A DNA stretch of 64,000 nucleotides from Bacteroidota bacterium. Lineage in GTDB: Bacteria; Bacteroidota; Bacteroidia; JABEUT01. The notes below the pieces were generated by a model. It saw nothing but the letters and a program-made list of their open reading frames with translations, had not been told where the DNA came from and ran no database searches. The translations under genes were made by a program, and so were the position numbers. Where the stretch lies: assembly GCA_013289475.1 (NCBI GenBank), contig JABCZW010000007.1, positions 3,131 through 67,130 on the forward strand, in the 5' to 3' direction. Each line of letters opens with the position of its first letter. Position 1 is the stretch's first letter. Positions 45,181 through 54,183 of the stretch are shown in pieces.

Positions 45181-46653
45181 ATGAAAACATTCAAAAATTT
45201 TATTTCTGTATTCTCTATTGCCTTAATGGGTGGCATTGCAGCAATAGGAGTTGACCATTTTTATATTCAAAAACATAACAATTCTTTGGCTGAGGCTAAC
45301 ATACGTAACCCTTTGCCGGTAAAATTTGCAGGCCTTACCACCCCTACAGCCGAAAGCGCCATAAACTTTGTTTCGGCTGCACAAAAAGCCGTGCCTGCAG
45401 TAGTTCACGTAAAGTCGAAAGTAGAAATGCAGGATACGCGTTCATATAACTCTATATGGGATTATATGTATGGCAATCCGCACCAGAATACCGTTCAGGG
45501 CATGGTTACCGGTTCAGGAGTTATTATTTCAAACGATGGATATATTGTAACCAATAACCATGTTATTGACCAGGCCGGCAAAATTGAAGTTACCCTGAGC
45601 GACAGGCATACCTATACAGCAAAAGTGGTTGGAAGAGATCCTGAAACTGATTTGGCTGTTTTAAAAATTGACGCTACTAATCTTCCTTTTATGGCCTATG
45701 GCAACTCTGACGATATGCAGGTGGGCCAGTGGGTATTGGCCGTTGGCAATCCTTATAACCTAACATCAACTGTAACGGCTGGTATTATAAGCGCAAAGGG
45801 CAGAAATATTGATATTCTGCCTAACGACCCTAATAAAAACCTCTACCCAATAGAATCGTATATACAAACCGATGCTGCCGTTAACCCCGGCAATAGTGGT
45901 GGCGCGTTGGTTAATACCGACGGACAATTGGTTGGTATTAACTCAGCTATAGCATCTAATACAGGCTCATATACAGGTTATTCATTTGCTATACCGGTTA
46001 ACCTGGTTCGTAAAGTTGTAGCCGACCTGTTACAATACGGTACTGTGCAACGTGCTTTCCTGGGTGTTACTATACGTACTGTTGATGCTGATATTGCTAA
46101 AACAGCAGGCTTAAGCAGCACTAATGGAATTTATGTTGATGCAGTTACTGAGAATGGAGCTGCACAGGCAGGAGGAATTAAGGAAGGTGATGTTATTACC
46201 AAAGTTGGAGATCAGGATGTGAACGATGTGGCTGGCCTTGAAGAACAAATAGCACGTATGAGGCCAGGTGATAAGGTTAATATAACTCTTAACCGCGACA
46301 ATAAACAGATGGAAATACCTGTAACCCTTCGTAATTTAGATGGCAATACCGGTAAAGTGGCTGCTGCTGAATCCCCATCGTCACTATCTGAGCTTGGAGC
46401 CTCATTTTCAATCGCTTCCAAAGATGAATTGGGTAAACTTGGACTTGAAAACGGTGTTAAAGTAGTTCAGCTTCAACAAGGTAAGCTCAGGGAGATTGGA
46501 ATACAGGAAGGTTTTATTATTACAAAGGTTGATCATCAGGTAGTTAACTCGGCGGCTGATATTGAGAAAATATTGAAGAATAAAACAGGCGGAATACTAG
46601 TTGAAGGTATTTACCCCAATGGCACACGTGCCTACTATGCCTTTGGAGCTTAA
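45181..46653 (+). CDS. htrA: HtrA/DegP/DegQ-family periplasmic serine endoprotease with two PDZ domains
   Basis: Signal anchor MKTFKNFISVFSIALMGGIAAIG. Triad contexts TNNHV, DLAVLKI and GNSGGALV, with two PDZ-like repeats. I prefer the ATG at 45181 over the TTG at 45151. Confidence 0.9.
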   Translation: MKTFKNFISVFSIALMGGIAAIGVDHFYIQKHNNSLAEANIRNPLPVKFAGLTTPTAESAINFVSAAQKAVPAVVHVKSKVEMQDTRSYNSIWDYMYGNPHQNTVQGMVTGSGVIISNDGYIVTNNHVIDQAGKIEVTLSDRHTYTAKVVGRDPETDLAVLKIDATNLPFMAYGNSDDMQVGQWVLAVGNPYNLTSTVTAGIISAKGRNIDILPNDPNKNLYPIESYIQTDAAVNPGNSGGALVNTDGQLVGINSAIASNTGSYTGYSFAIPVNLVRKVVADLLQYGTVQRAFLGVTIRTVDADIAKTAGLSSTNGIYVDAVTENGAAQAGGIKEGDVITKVGDQDVNDVAGLEEQIARMRPGDKVNITLNRDNKQMEIPVTLRNLDGNTGKVAAAESPSSLSELGASFSIASKDELGKLGLENGVKVVQLQQGKLREIGIQEGFIITKVDHQVVNSAADIEKILKNKTGGILVEGIYPNGTRAYYAFGA

Positions 46654-46712
46654 GCCAATAAATGGTTCTAAAATTTCAGAGTAAAACGTATATGGGAAAA
46701 GTTTTTTTCTCA

Positions 46713-46720
46713 TAAGTTTG
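46713..46720 (+). promoter_or_regulatory. -7 promoter element (TAagTTTG) for rpoD
   Basis: TAAGTTTG lies 44 nt upstream of the ATG at 46765, in a 111-nt intergenic gap. Confidence 0.4.
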
Positions 46721-46764
46721 CCGTACCTAAAAAGAGCCGTTTTTAATTCATTTAATTGACATAA

Positions 46765-47631
46765 ATGAGACAGCTAAAAATCACCAAGTCGATTACAAAC
46801 AGGGAGAGCGCTTCCCTGGATAAATATTTGCAGGAAATAAGCCGTGAAGAGCTTATAACGGCAGAAGAAGAAGTTATTTTAGCTAAAAAAATACAGGAGG
46901 GTGATGAAAAGGCACTGGAAAAGTTGACCAGAGCCAATCTACGCTTTGTAGTATCAGTAGCAAAACAATACCAAAATCAGGGGCTTAGTCTGCCTGACCT
47001 TATTAACGAGGGTAATTTGGGGCTTATTAAAGCAGCCAGTCGCTTCGATCATAGCAGAGGGTTTAAATTTATATCGTATGCAGTCTGGTGGATTCGCCAA
47101 AGTATTTTACAGGCTTTGGCCGAGCAGTCGCGTATAGTCCGCCTACCCCTTAACCAGGTAGGTTCGCTTAATAAGTTAAATAAAACCTTCTCGCGCTTAG
47201 AACAGCAATTTGAGAGGGAACCCTTGCCGGAAGAACTTTCGCAGGTGTTAGACCTTCCTATGGATAAAGTAAAAGATACCATGCAGCTTTCCGGTAAGCA
47301 TATATCGGTTGATGCGCCTTTTGCCAACGGAGACGATAATAATGGCCTGCTTGATGTATTGGTAAACCACGACTCGCCACGTGCCGATAGTATGTTAATT
47401 ATGGAATCTTTAAAGAGAGAAATAGAGCGCTCACTCTCTACTTTAACGGAAAGGGAGCAGGAGGTTATTAAGTTATTTTTTGGAATAGATGTGCCACACC
47501 CATTAACATTAGAAGAGATTGGAGCAAAATTTGACCTTACACGCGAACGTGTAAGACAAATTAAAGAGAAAGCCGTACGCAGACTGCGCCATACATCGCG
47601 CAGCAAACTGCTTAAGGCCTATTTGGGATAG
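46765..47631 (+). CDS. rpoD: Primary RNA polymerase sigma factor (short Bacteroidota sigma-70/SigA)
   Basis: 288 aa. Region 2 ([53 protein letters not shown]), region 3, and region 4 ([28 protein letters not shown]). Confidence 0.93.
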   Translation: MRQLKITKSITNRESASLDKYLQEISREELITAEEEVILAKKIQEGDEKALEKLTRANLRFVVSVAKQYQNQGLSLPDLINEGNLGLIKAASRFDHSRGFKFISYAVWWIRQSILQALAEQSRIVRLPLNQVGSLNKLNKTFSRLEQQFEREPLPEELSQVLDLPMDKVKDTMQLSGKHISVDAPFANGDDNNGLLDVLVNHDSPRADSMLIMESLKREIERSLSTLTEREQEVIKLFFGIDVPHPLTLEEIGAKFDLTRERVRQIKEKAVRRLRHTSRSKLLKAYLG

Positions 47632-47667
47632 CAAAACTTAAATAATTTTGCTGTCATATGTTGAAGG

Positions 47668-47696
47668 CCCCCGGTTTTGCCACCGGGGGTTTTTTA
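47668..47696 (+). terminator. Intrinsic terminator after rpoD
   Basis: Perfect 8-bp GC-rich stem CCCCCGGT / ACCGGGGG (47668-47675 and 47682-47689) with a 6-nt loop, followed by TTTTTTATT. Confidence 0.8.
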
Positions 47697-47727
47697 TTAA
47701 TTATTCTATATTGCAGGTTTTAAATTC

Positions 47728-48762
47728 TTGAAAACATTCTCAATTATACGGATTCTTGTTTTCATCCTCTTTTTAACCGAAGGAGTAGATGCTCAAAGCA
47801 ATGCCGATTGGCTATCTCATTTACCCGATAGCATTTCAATAGGAGATATTAACATACCCGGAGCTCATGATGCGGCAGCCATAAATTCGCGCAGAATGAC
47901 ACATTATGCATGCCAGAGTATTTCTATTCCCGGCCAGTTAGATTCCGGCATACGGATGCTTGATATTAGAATAAAGGTAAAGAAACACAGAGCCAATTAT
48001 AGTTTTGTTACCTGCCACGGAAATGTATTCGGTGGCGCCATGAGGTTTAATGAATATCAGTCATTGCCATCTTTACTAAATGAATGCAAAGATTTCCTGG
48101 CAAAACATAAAAGCGAGTTTATTGTAATGACTTTGAAAATAGATGATTGGAATAAGAAAGATAAAACACTTGTCTATGCCGCTTTAGACTCACTGTTGTT
48201 TTCAAAAACGAATAACTACCCCATTTATAATACTGCCAATGCAAATTTGCCTACGCTTGGTAATATGCGGGGTAAAATATATTTATTCAGTCGCATAGAT
48301 ACCACCAATGCATTTGGCGTACCGTTAACTATACCCGATAAAAAATGTGGAGTACTTAACCCGGTAAGTAAATTAAGAAACTACTCTATTTATGTGCAGG
48401 ACCGATATAAGGAATTAGGCACACCGGCAGAAAAACTAAAATTTGAATTAGTACAAGAAACCATTGAGAAAAAGAAAAAGGGAGACAGAATAGTAGTGCT
48501 TAATTTTGCCAGCGCCATAAAAGGCTTTATGAACTTAGGTAAGGTTTATTTACAGGATAGTTTACTTACCTATTTTGGAAGTAAAACTGCTATCAGAAGG
48601 CCAAGCAATTTTGGCTGGACCATGCTCAATTATAGTTTTTGGAAATACAAAACAGATAAGTATGGTAGGTTAGACATTGTAAAACTTATTATCTCTTCTA
48701 ACTTTCAGTATGCAGATTATCCTGAAAAGTTTAACGTGATTAGCGGGCGTTGTAATGAATGA
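47728..48762 (+). CDS. Secreted phosphatidylinositol-specific phospholipase C X-domain protein
   Basis: 344 aa with a TTG start. Signal peptide ILVFILFLTEGVDAQ. NIPGAHDAAA (catalytic His context) and RMLDIRI, typical of bacterial PI-PLC TIM barrels. Confidence 0.65.
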   Translation: MKTFSIIRILVFILFLTEGVDAQSNADWLSHLPDSISIGDINIPGAHDAAAINSRRMTHYACQSISIPGQLDSGIRMLDIRIKVKKHRANYSFVTCHGNVFGGAMRFNEYQSLPSLLNECKDFLAKHKSEFIVMTLKIDDWNKKDKTLVYAALDSLLFSKTNNYPIYNTANANLPTLGNMRGKIYLFSRIDTTNAFGVPLTIPDKKCGVLNPVSKLRNYSIYVQDRYKELGTPAEKLKFELVQETIEKKKKGDRIVVLNFASAIKGFMNLGKVYLQDSLLTYFGSKTAIRRPSNFGWTMLNYSFWKYKTDKYGRLDIVKLIISSNFQYADYPEKFNVISGRCNE

Positions 48763-48764
48763 TA

Positions 48765-49445
48765 TTACAATTCAAATTTATAACCCACCCCTCTTAATGT
48801 CTTTATTTTATCACCTCCCAATTTTTTACGGAGTTTGCGAATATGCACATCAATAGAACGGTTACCAACCTGCACATCTTCTCCCCATATTTTATGTAAA
48901 ATATCTTTCCGGTTAAAAACCTTACCCGGCTTTGATGCCAGCAATGAAAGTAGCTCAAATTCCTTTTTAGGAAGAACAAATTCTTCCTCACCAACCGAAA
49001 TACTATAACCCTCACTATTAATATTTACATCATCGCCAACATTAACAAACCCTTTAGTGTCATCATGATGTGATCTACGCCTTAATATGGCCTGTATGCG
49101 GCTTGTTAAAACCCTTGGATTAACAGGCTTGGTAATATAATCATCGGCTCCCGCATCAAGCCCTGCTATTTGAGAGTAGTTTTCATAGCGGGCAGTATAA
49201 AATATTATTAATGTATTTTTTGTTTCAGGTAACAGGCGCAACTCCTTGCACGTTTCAATGCCATCCATTTCGGGCATTATAACATCTAAAATAATTATTT
49301 CAGGTAATATTTTTTTCGCAGAGTGTATCGCACTCTTCCCGTTAGATGCTGTAAAAACTTTATAACCGGCTTCACTCAGGTGTACCGATAAAAAATCGAG
49401 TACCAATGGATCATCGTCCACAACCAATATTCTTGTCTTTTTCAT
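48765..49445 (-). CDS. OmpR/PhoB-family response regulator (no cognate kinase adjacent)
   Basis: MKKTRILVVDDDPLVLDFL...IILDVIMPEMDG receiver domain. Winged-helix C-terminus (EFELLSLLASKPGKVF...HIRKLRKKL...LRGVGYKF). I prefer the ATG at 49445. Confidence 0.85.
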   Translation of the reverse strand: MKKTRILVVDDDPLVLDFLSVHLSEAGYKVFTASNGKSAIHSAKKILPEIIILDVIMPEMDGIETCKELRLLPETKNTLIIFYTARYENYSQIAGLDAGADDYITKPVNPRVLTSRIQAILRRRSHHDDTKGFVNVGDDVNINSEGYSISVGEEEFVLPKKEFELLSLLASKPGKVFNRKDILHKIWGEDVQVGNRSIDVHIRKLRKKLGGDKIKTLRGVGYKFEL

Positions 49446-49656
49446 AATCAGGGGGATTACTACAGGATGTAAAGATATGTTTAGATTAGCCTCTGCAGGT
49501 ACAGTTAACAATTTCTTAATATTCGCTAATTATTGAATTAAAAGAGAATCAAATAGATACCATTCACTCAATACTACAATCATACAAATATGTTACACTG
49601 CTTAATCAACATATTATCAATGTCCTTTACATCATTAATGACGATATTTGCATAAT

Positions 49657-51765
49657 ATGGAAACTGCAACTGAGGAAATAGTATTAAAAGTAAATGGAAT
49701 GCACTGCAATAGCTGTGCGGCAACGGTAACATCTACCCTCAAACAACAGGGCATGGAGGATATTAATGTGAGCTATACTGCCTGCGAAGCCACCTTTGCA
49801 AATCCGCAACATAAAGACATTAATAAAATAATAAAAAGCATTAATAATCTTGGATATGCTGCAAGTTTGCCCCAACCTGATAAAGAAGAAAAAGTGTCAT
49901 ACGGGCTTGAAATAAGGGTTTTAATATCAACACTGCTTACCCTGCCTTTATTCTTGCATATGTTTTTACCATTTGAATTCCTCCATAATAATTGGGTGCA
50001 ACTTTCGCTTTGCCTGCCTGTATTTATAATGGGCCTGCTATATTTTGGCAAAAGCGCATGGGGTTCTTTAATGGTAAAAACGCCCAACATGGATGTGCTT
50101 ATCACCCTTGGTTTCTGCGCTTCATTTATATATAGCATCATCATAATGCTTCATCACACACCGGGAATGCCCTACTCCACTTTCTTCGAAACCTGTGCCA
50201 CTATTATAACACTTGTGTTCGTGGGCAATCTTATTGAAAAGCGTTCGGTACGCCAAACCACATCAGCACTTACCGATTTACTGAAGATACAAAAACAGAA
50301 AGCACGCAAAATAGTAAGTCACGACGCACATGAGGATACTATAGAAACAGATTACCGTGATCTGCAAAAAGGGGACATTTTACAAGTAGTAAAAGGCGAA
50401 AGCATACCAGTTGACGGGGTACTAACCGAAGGAACAGCCTCCGTAAATGAAGCTATGGTTACGGGTGAAAGTGTACCGGTTATAAAAAACACCGGAGATA
50501 TGTTGACAGGCGGAACCATTGTTGTTAATGGCCATTTACGCATGCGTGCCGAAAAAGTAGGCAACGAAACCGTAGTTGCGGGAATTATAGATATGGTAAA
50601 GAAAGCACAAAGTTCTGCACCAAAAATTCAGAAGATTGGAGATAAGGTGAGCGCAGTGTTTGTCCCTATAGTGCTTGGTATTGCCTTACTTACTTTTCTA
50701 ATATGCCACTTTGCGCTTAAAATGTTTACGGAAGAATCTATATTAAACAGCATAGCTGTACTGGTGGTAGCCTGCCCATGTGCTATGGGACTTGCCACCC
50801 CTACTGCAGTAGCGGTAGCATTGGGGCAAGCTGCAAAAAAAGGCATTTTAATAAAAGGTGCCGATACTATGGAAGCTTTAGCTGCCATAAAAACTATTGC
50901 CCTAGATAAAACAGGTACACTAACCACCGGAGCATTCGCAGTAAAAGCAATTAATCCACTAACTGAAGAAATAAAAAACATACTCTTTAGTATGGAAGCT
51001 TTCTCCACCCATCCTATTGCAAAATCAATAACGACACATTTAAAAGATTCGGCCAACAAAATAATCCTCAGCAATGTGCAAGAAGAAGAAGGTCTTGGAT
51101 TAAAAGCCACCGATAGTGAAGGACACACATATATACTTGGGTCCTATAAAGCAGCAGAAAAACTAACTAACGATAAAAGCCATTCCGTTTACCTGGTTAA
51201 AGATGATAAACTATTAGCAACAATAGACTTAGAAGATGAAATACGAAAAAATGCCGCCACAGCATTGAGAGAATTGGAGCAAGATGGTATACACATAATA
51301 ATGATTAGTGGCGATAAGGAAGAGAAATGTCGAGAAATAGCAACTAAGTTGGGCATACCCGAAGTACATGCTGGACAGCTCCCCTACCAAAAACTAGACA
51401 GAATAAGTGCTTTATCTAAAACTTCCCCTACTGCTATGGTAGGCGACGGAATTAACGACGCCCCTGCATTGGCAATGGCTAACGTAGGTATATCGTTAGG
51501 GGCTGCCACCAAAATAGCCATGCAGTCGGCACAAGTATTATTGCTTAGTAATAATGACCTGCAACAACTGCCAAGAGTGTTCACAATCAGTAAAAAAACG
51601 CTAAGGGTTATAAAACAGAACCTTTTTTGGGCATTTGTATATAATATTGTTACTATTCCGCTGGCTGCCACCGGCATCCTCAGCCCCATGGCAGGAGCCT
51701 TTAGTATGGCTTTTTCTTATGTTATTGTAATAGGTAATTCCCTGCGTTTAAAACGCATGATTTAA
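49657..51765 (+). CDS. copA: Heavy-metal (Cu+-type) P1B ATPase
   Basis: HMA domain VNGMHCNSCA, TGES, CPC motif (VVACPCAMGLATP), DKTGTLT and GDGINDAPAL. I prefer the ATG at 49657 (METATEE) over the TTG at 49648. Confidence 0.88.
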   Translation: METATEEIVLKVNGMHCNSCAATVTSTLKQQGMEDINVSYTACEATFANPQHKDINKIIKSINNLGYAASLPQPDKEEKVSYGLEIRVLISTLLTLPLFLHMFLPFEFLHNNWVQLSLCLPVFIMGLLYFGKSAWGSLMVKTPNMDVLITLGFCASFIYSIIIMLHHTPGMPYSTFFETCATIITLVFVGNLIEKRSVRQTTSALTDLLKIQKQKARKIVSHDAHEDTIETDYRDLQKGDILQVVKGESIPVDGVLTEGTASVNEAMVTGESVPVIKNTGDMLTGGTIVVNGHLRMRAEKVGNETVVAGIIDMVKKAQSSAPKIQKIGDKVSAVFVPIVLGIALLTFLICHFALKMFTEESILNSIAVLVVACPCAMGLATPTAVAVALGQAAKKGILIKGADTMEALAAIKTIALDKTGTLTTGAFAVKAINPLTEEIKNILFSMEAFSTHPIAKSITTHLKDSANKIILSNVQEEEGLGLKATDSEGHTYILGSYKAAEKLTNDKSHSVYLVKDDKLLATIDLEDEIRKNAATALRELEQDGIHIIMISGDKEEKCREIATKLGIPEVHAGQLPYQKLDRISALSKTSPTAMVGDGINDAPALAMANVGISLGAATKIAMQSAQVLLLSNNDLQQLPRVFTISKKTLRVIKQNLFWAFVYNIVTIPLAATGILSPMAGAFSMAFSYVIVIGNSLRLKRMI

Positions 51766-51805
51766 CACTTCTTACAATATAATGCGGCTAATTGCAAATA
51801 AACCT

Positions 51806-51813
51806 TATTTTTG
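51806..51813 (+). promoter_or_regulatory. -7 promoter element (TAttTTTG) for the TPR-ribH unit
   Basis: TATTTTTG lies 26 nt upstream of the ATG at 51840 and inside the ORF-track N-terminal extension. Confidence 0.4.
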
Positions 51814-51839
51814 CAGCCTTTAAAATTGTAATTATACCA

Positions 51840-52508
51840 ATGGCCAACGAAAATAATGACGTGCTGCTCGGAGTAGAAGAAAGATGGAGCCGCCTCGAAA
51901 ACTTCTTCCAGGAAAACAAAAAGCGAGTTTCTACCATCGCTACCATAGTACTTATTGCTATTGCCGGATACGTAGGATATACGTACTGGTATTTACCCGG
52001 GCAAGAGCAAGAGGCTGAAGTTGCTATTTTCCCTGCTCAACGCTTGTTTGGCATAGACTCTATCAATAAAGCAATACCTATGTTCGAACAAATTGCTGAC
52101 GATTACGGCGCAACTAAAATAGGCCACACTGCCAATTATTATCTTGGCGTATGTTACTTCCGCAAGAAGGAATACCAAAAAGCTATTGATTACTTAAGCA
52201 AGTTTAACGCAGGCGACGTAATGGTTAGCCCTATAGCAGTTGGTTTAATGGGTGATGCTGAAATGCAACTTGGTCATAATGACGCAGCATTAGAAGACTA
52301 TCTTACAGCAATTAAGAGAAGCGAGAACGATCTTACAACACCAATCTTCTTGCAAAAAGCAGCTTTTGTTTGCGAACAAAAACACGATTACGCACAGGCC
52401 TTAAGCCTATATCAGAATATTAAAACGCAATACCACAACAGTACCGAAGCCCAGAATATTGACAAATATATTGCCAGGGCTAAAGTAGAAGCAGGTACTG
52501 CGCAATAA
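51840..52508 (+). CDS. Membrane-anchored TPR protein (YfgM-like)
   Basis: MANENN..., one TM helix (VSTIATIVLIAIAGYVGY), then TPR-like helices (ANYYLGVCYFRKKEYQKAIDYL; ALSLYQNIKTQY). Confidence 0.6.
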   Translation: MANENNDVLLGVEERWSRLENFFQENKKRVSTIATIVLIAIAGYVGYTYWYLPGQEQEAEVAIFPAQRLFGIDSINKAIPMFEQIADDYGATKIGHTANYYLGVCYFRKKEYQKAIDYLSKFNAGDVMVSPIAVGLMGDAEMQLGHNDAALEDYLTAIKRSENDLTTPIFLQKAAFVCEQKHDYAQALSLYQNIKTQYHNSTEAQNIDKYIARAKVEAGTAQ

Positions 52509-52520
52509 ACATACAACCTC

Positions 52521-53000
52521 TTGGCCTCGCGCGCTAAAACTTACACAACTACAGGACGTAAGTTTTCCTTAACCGGCAAACGAATTGGTATTGTTGTTGC
52601 CCAATGGCACAACGATATTACCGAACCCCTTTTACAGGGAGCACTCGATGTATTAAAAAAAAGTGGAATAAAAGCCTCTGACATAATTATCATGCAGGCT
52701 CCAGGTAGTTTTGAACTGCCTCTTTGCGCGCAATGGCTTATTAAAGACAGCAAGGCTGATGCAGTGCTTTGCCTGGGCTGTATTATTAAAGGCGAAACCC
52801 CTCACTTCAATTATATATCAGAGGCTGTTGCAAATGGGATTATGAATCTTAATATAACACATAATATTCCCATTATATTTGGCGTTTTAACTACTAATAC
52901 ATTACAGCAATCTAAAGAACGTAGCGGTGGCAAACATGGTAATAAGGGAGCCGATGCTGCAGTTGCAGCATTAGAAATGCTGGAAAACAAAAAGCGATAA
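52521..53000 (+). CDS. ribH: 6,7-dimethyl-8-ribityllumazine synthase
   Basis: 159 aa with a TTG start. RIGIVVAQWHNDIT, PGSFELP, LGCIIKGETPHFNYI, FGVLTT and KGADAA. Confidence 0.9.
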   Translation: MASRAKTYTTTGRKFSLTGKRIGIVVAQWHNDITEPLLQGALDVLKKSGIKASDIIIMQAPGSFELPLCAQWLIKDSKADAVLCLGCIIKGETPHFNYISEAVANGIMNLNITHNIPIIFGVLTTNTLQQSKERSGGKHGNKGADAAVAALEMLENKKR

Positions 53001-53008
53001 GGAGGAGC

Positions 53009-53599
53009 ATGCCAAAGGACGTAACCGATTTTTCGTCGATATTCGTAAAACAGCAAAAACCTGAAAAAGGAACATTGCTACTGGCTGAGCCCTTTATGGA
53101 CAGTCCTGAATTCAGGCGTGCAGTAATATTATTAGCCGAACATAACGATAAAGGCACCATGGGCTTTATCATTAATCGTAAATTGAATGTTACACCGAGC
53201 CAGGCTATTGATAACTTCCCGGAGTTTGATGACGAAATGTATTATGGCGGGCCTGTAAACTCCGACCAGTTATATTATCTGCATACCAAGCCCAAGTTAT
53301 TAGAAGACAGTATTGAAATTATGCCCGGTGTTTACATGGGTGGCAATTATGAAACCCTAAAGAACCTTATTGATATTAAAAAGATAACCCCCAAGGACAT
53401 CCGTTTCTTTGTAGGATATTCGGGGTGGTCAGCAGGGCAATTAAAGAAAGAACTGAAAGATAATTCATGGATAGTAATACCCGGTACAACTGACCATTTT
53501 AAGGCCACAAGCAAAAACCTTTGGAAAGAGATTTTGAAAGGCAAAGGTGGAAAATACTCTGTCGTAGCTGATTTCCCAGAAGATCCTACCCTTAACTAA
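53009..53599 (+). CDS. YqgE/AlgH-family protein
   Basis: 196 aa. GTLLLAEPFMDSPEFRRAVILLAEHNDKGTMGFIINR...YYGGPV...GYSGWSAGQLKKEL. Confidence 0.8.
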   Translation: MPKDVTDFSSIFVKQQKPEKGTLLLAEPFMDSPEFRRAVILLAEHNDKGTMGFIINRKLNVTPSQAIDNFPEFDDEMYYGGPVNSDQLYYLHTKPKLLEDSIEIMPGVYMGGNYETLKNLIDIKKITPKDIRFFVGYSGWSAGQLKKELKDNSWIVIPGTTDHFKATSKNLWKEILKGKGGKYSVVADFPEDPTLN

Positions 53600-53604
53600 A
53601 TACC

Positions 53605-54183
53605 ATGAACTTCCTTGCGCATTTATATTTGGCAGGAGAAGATGAAGGTTTGATTGTAGGTAATTTTATTGCCGACTCAGTAAAAGGTTCAGCATTCAAC
53701 AACTATTCCGAACGCATTGCAAAAGGCATTCAAATGCACCGCTCTATTGATTTTTTTTCAGATACTCATCCTGTTTACAGGCAAACAGTACACCGCCTTG
53801 CTCCCACCTACGGTAAGTTCTCCGGTGTTATTACTGATATGTTCTACGACCACTTCTTAGCTTTATATTGGAAAGAATATTCAACCAAGAGCCTTGACAT
53901 TTTTGCTGAGGAAGCCTACACCATACTTCGCTCTTATCAAACCGATATGCCTGAAAAGAGTAAAATCATATTGACATACATGAGTAAATACAACTGGCTT
54001 GTATCTTATGCTAAGAAAGAAGGGTTACGCCGAGCATTAAAGGGATTATCGGAAAGAATGAAGTATTACTCGCCAATGGATGAAGCAGTTAATGAATTAG
54101 AGAAAGATTTTGCTTTATATGAGAAGGATTTCAGAGAATTTTTCCCTTTGTTGCAGCAATATGCTGAGGCTTTCAAAGGTTAA
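53605..54183 (+). CDS. acpH: Acyl carrier protein phosphodiesterase
   Basis: 192 aa. MNFLAHLYLAGEDEGLIVGNFIADSVKG...HRSIDFFSDTHP is the characteristic AcpH N-terminus. Confidence 0.8.
   Translation: MNFLAHLYLAGEDEGLIVGNFIADSVKGSAFNNYSERIAKGIQMHRSIDFFSDTHPVYRQTVHRLAPTYGKFSGVITDMFYDHFLALYWKEYSTKSLDIFAEEAYTILRSYQTDMPEKSKIILTYMSKYNWLVSYAKKEGLRRALKGLSERMKYYSPMDEAVNELEKDFALYEKDFREFFPLLQQYAEAFKG

Noticed and set aside
47049-47606. 185-aa ORF antisense to rpoD
   Set aside because: It lies fully inside a strongly supported sigma-70 gene. Its product is Ser/Arg/Leu-rich and low in complexity, typical of a shadow frame, and it has no promoter box or independent motif.
49587-49615. 8-bp inverted repeat AATATGTT / AACATATT upstream of the Cu ATPase, considered as a CopY-type cop box or MerR-type operator
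   Set aside because: It does not fit TACAnnTGTA or the CueR-type dyad. The arms are short and AT-only in an AT-rich gap, so a chance match is likely.
50628-51128. 166-aa minus-strand ORF inside the P-type ATPase gene (also 49773-50144 and 51384-51689)
   Set aside because: It is antisense to a gene that carries every P1B-ATPase motif in frame. These are shadow ORFs.
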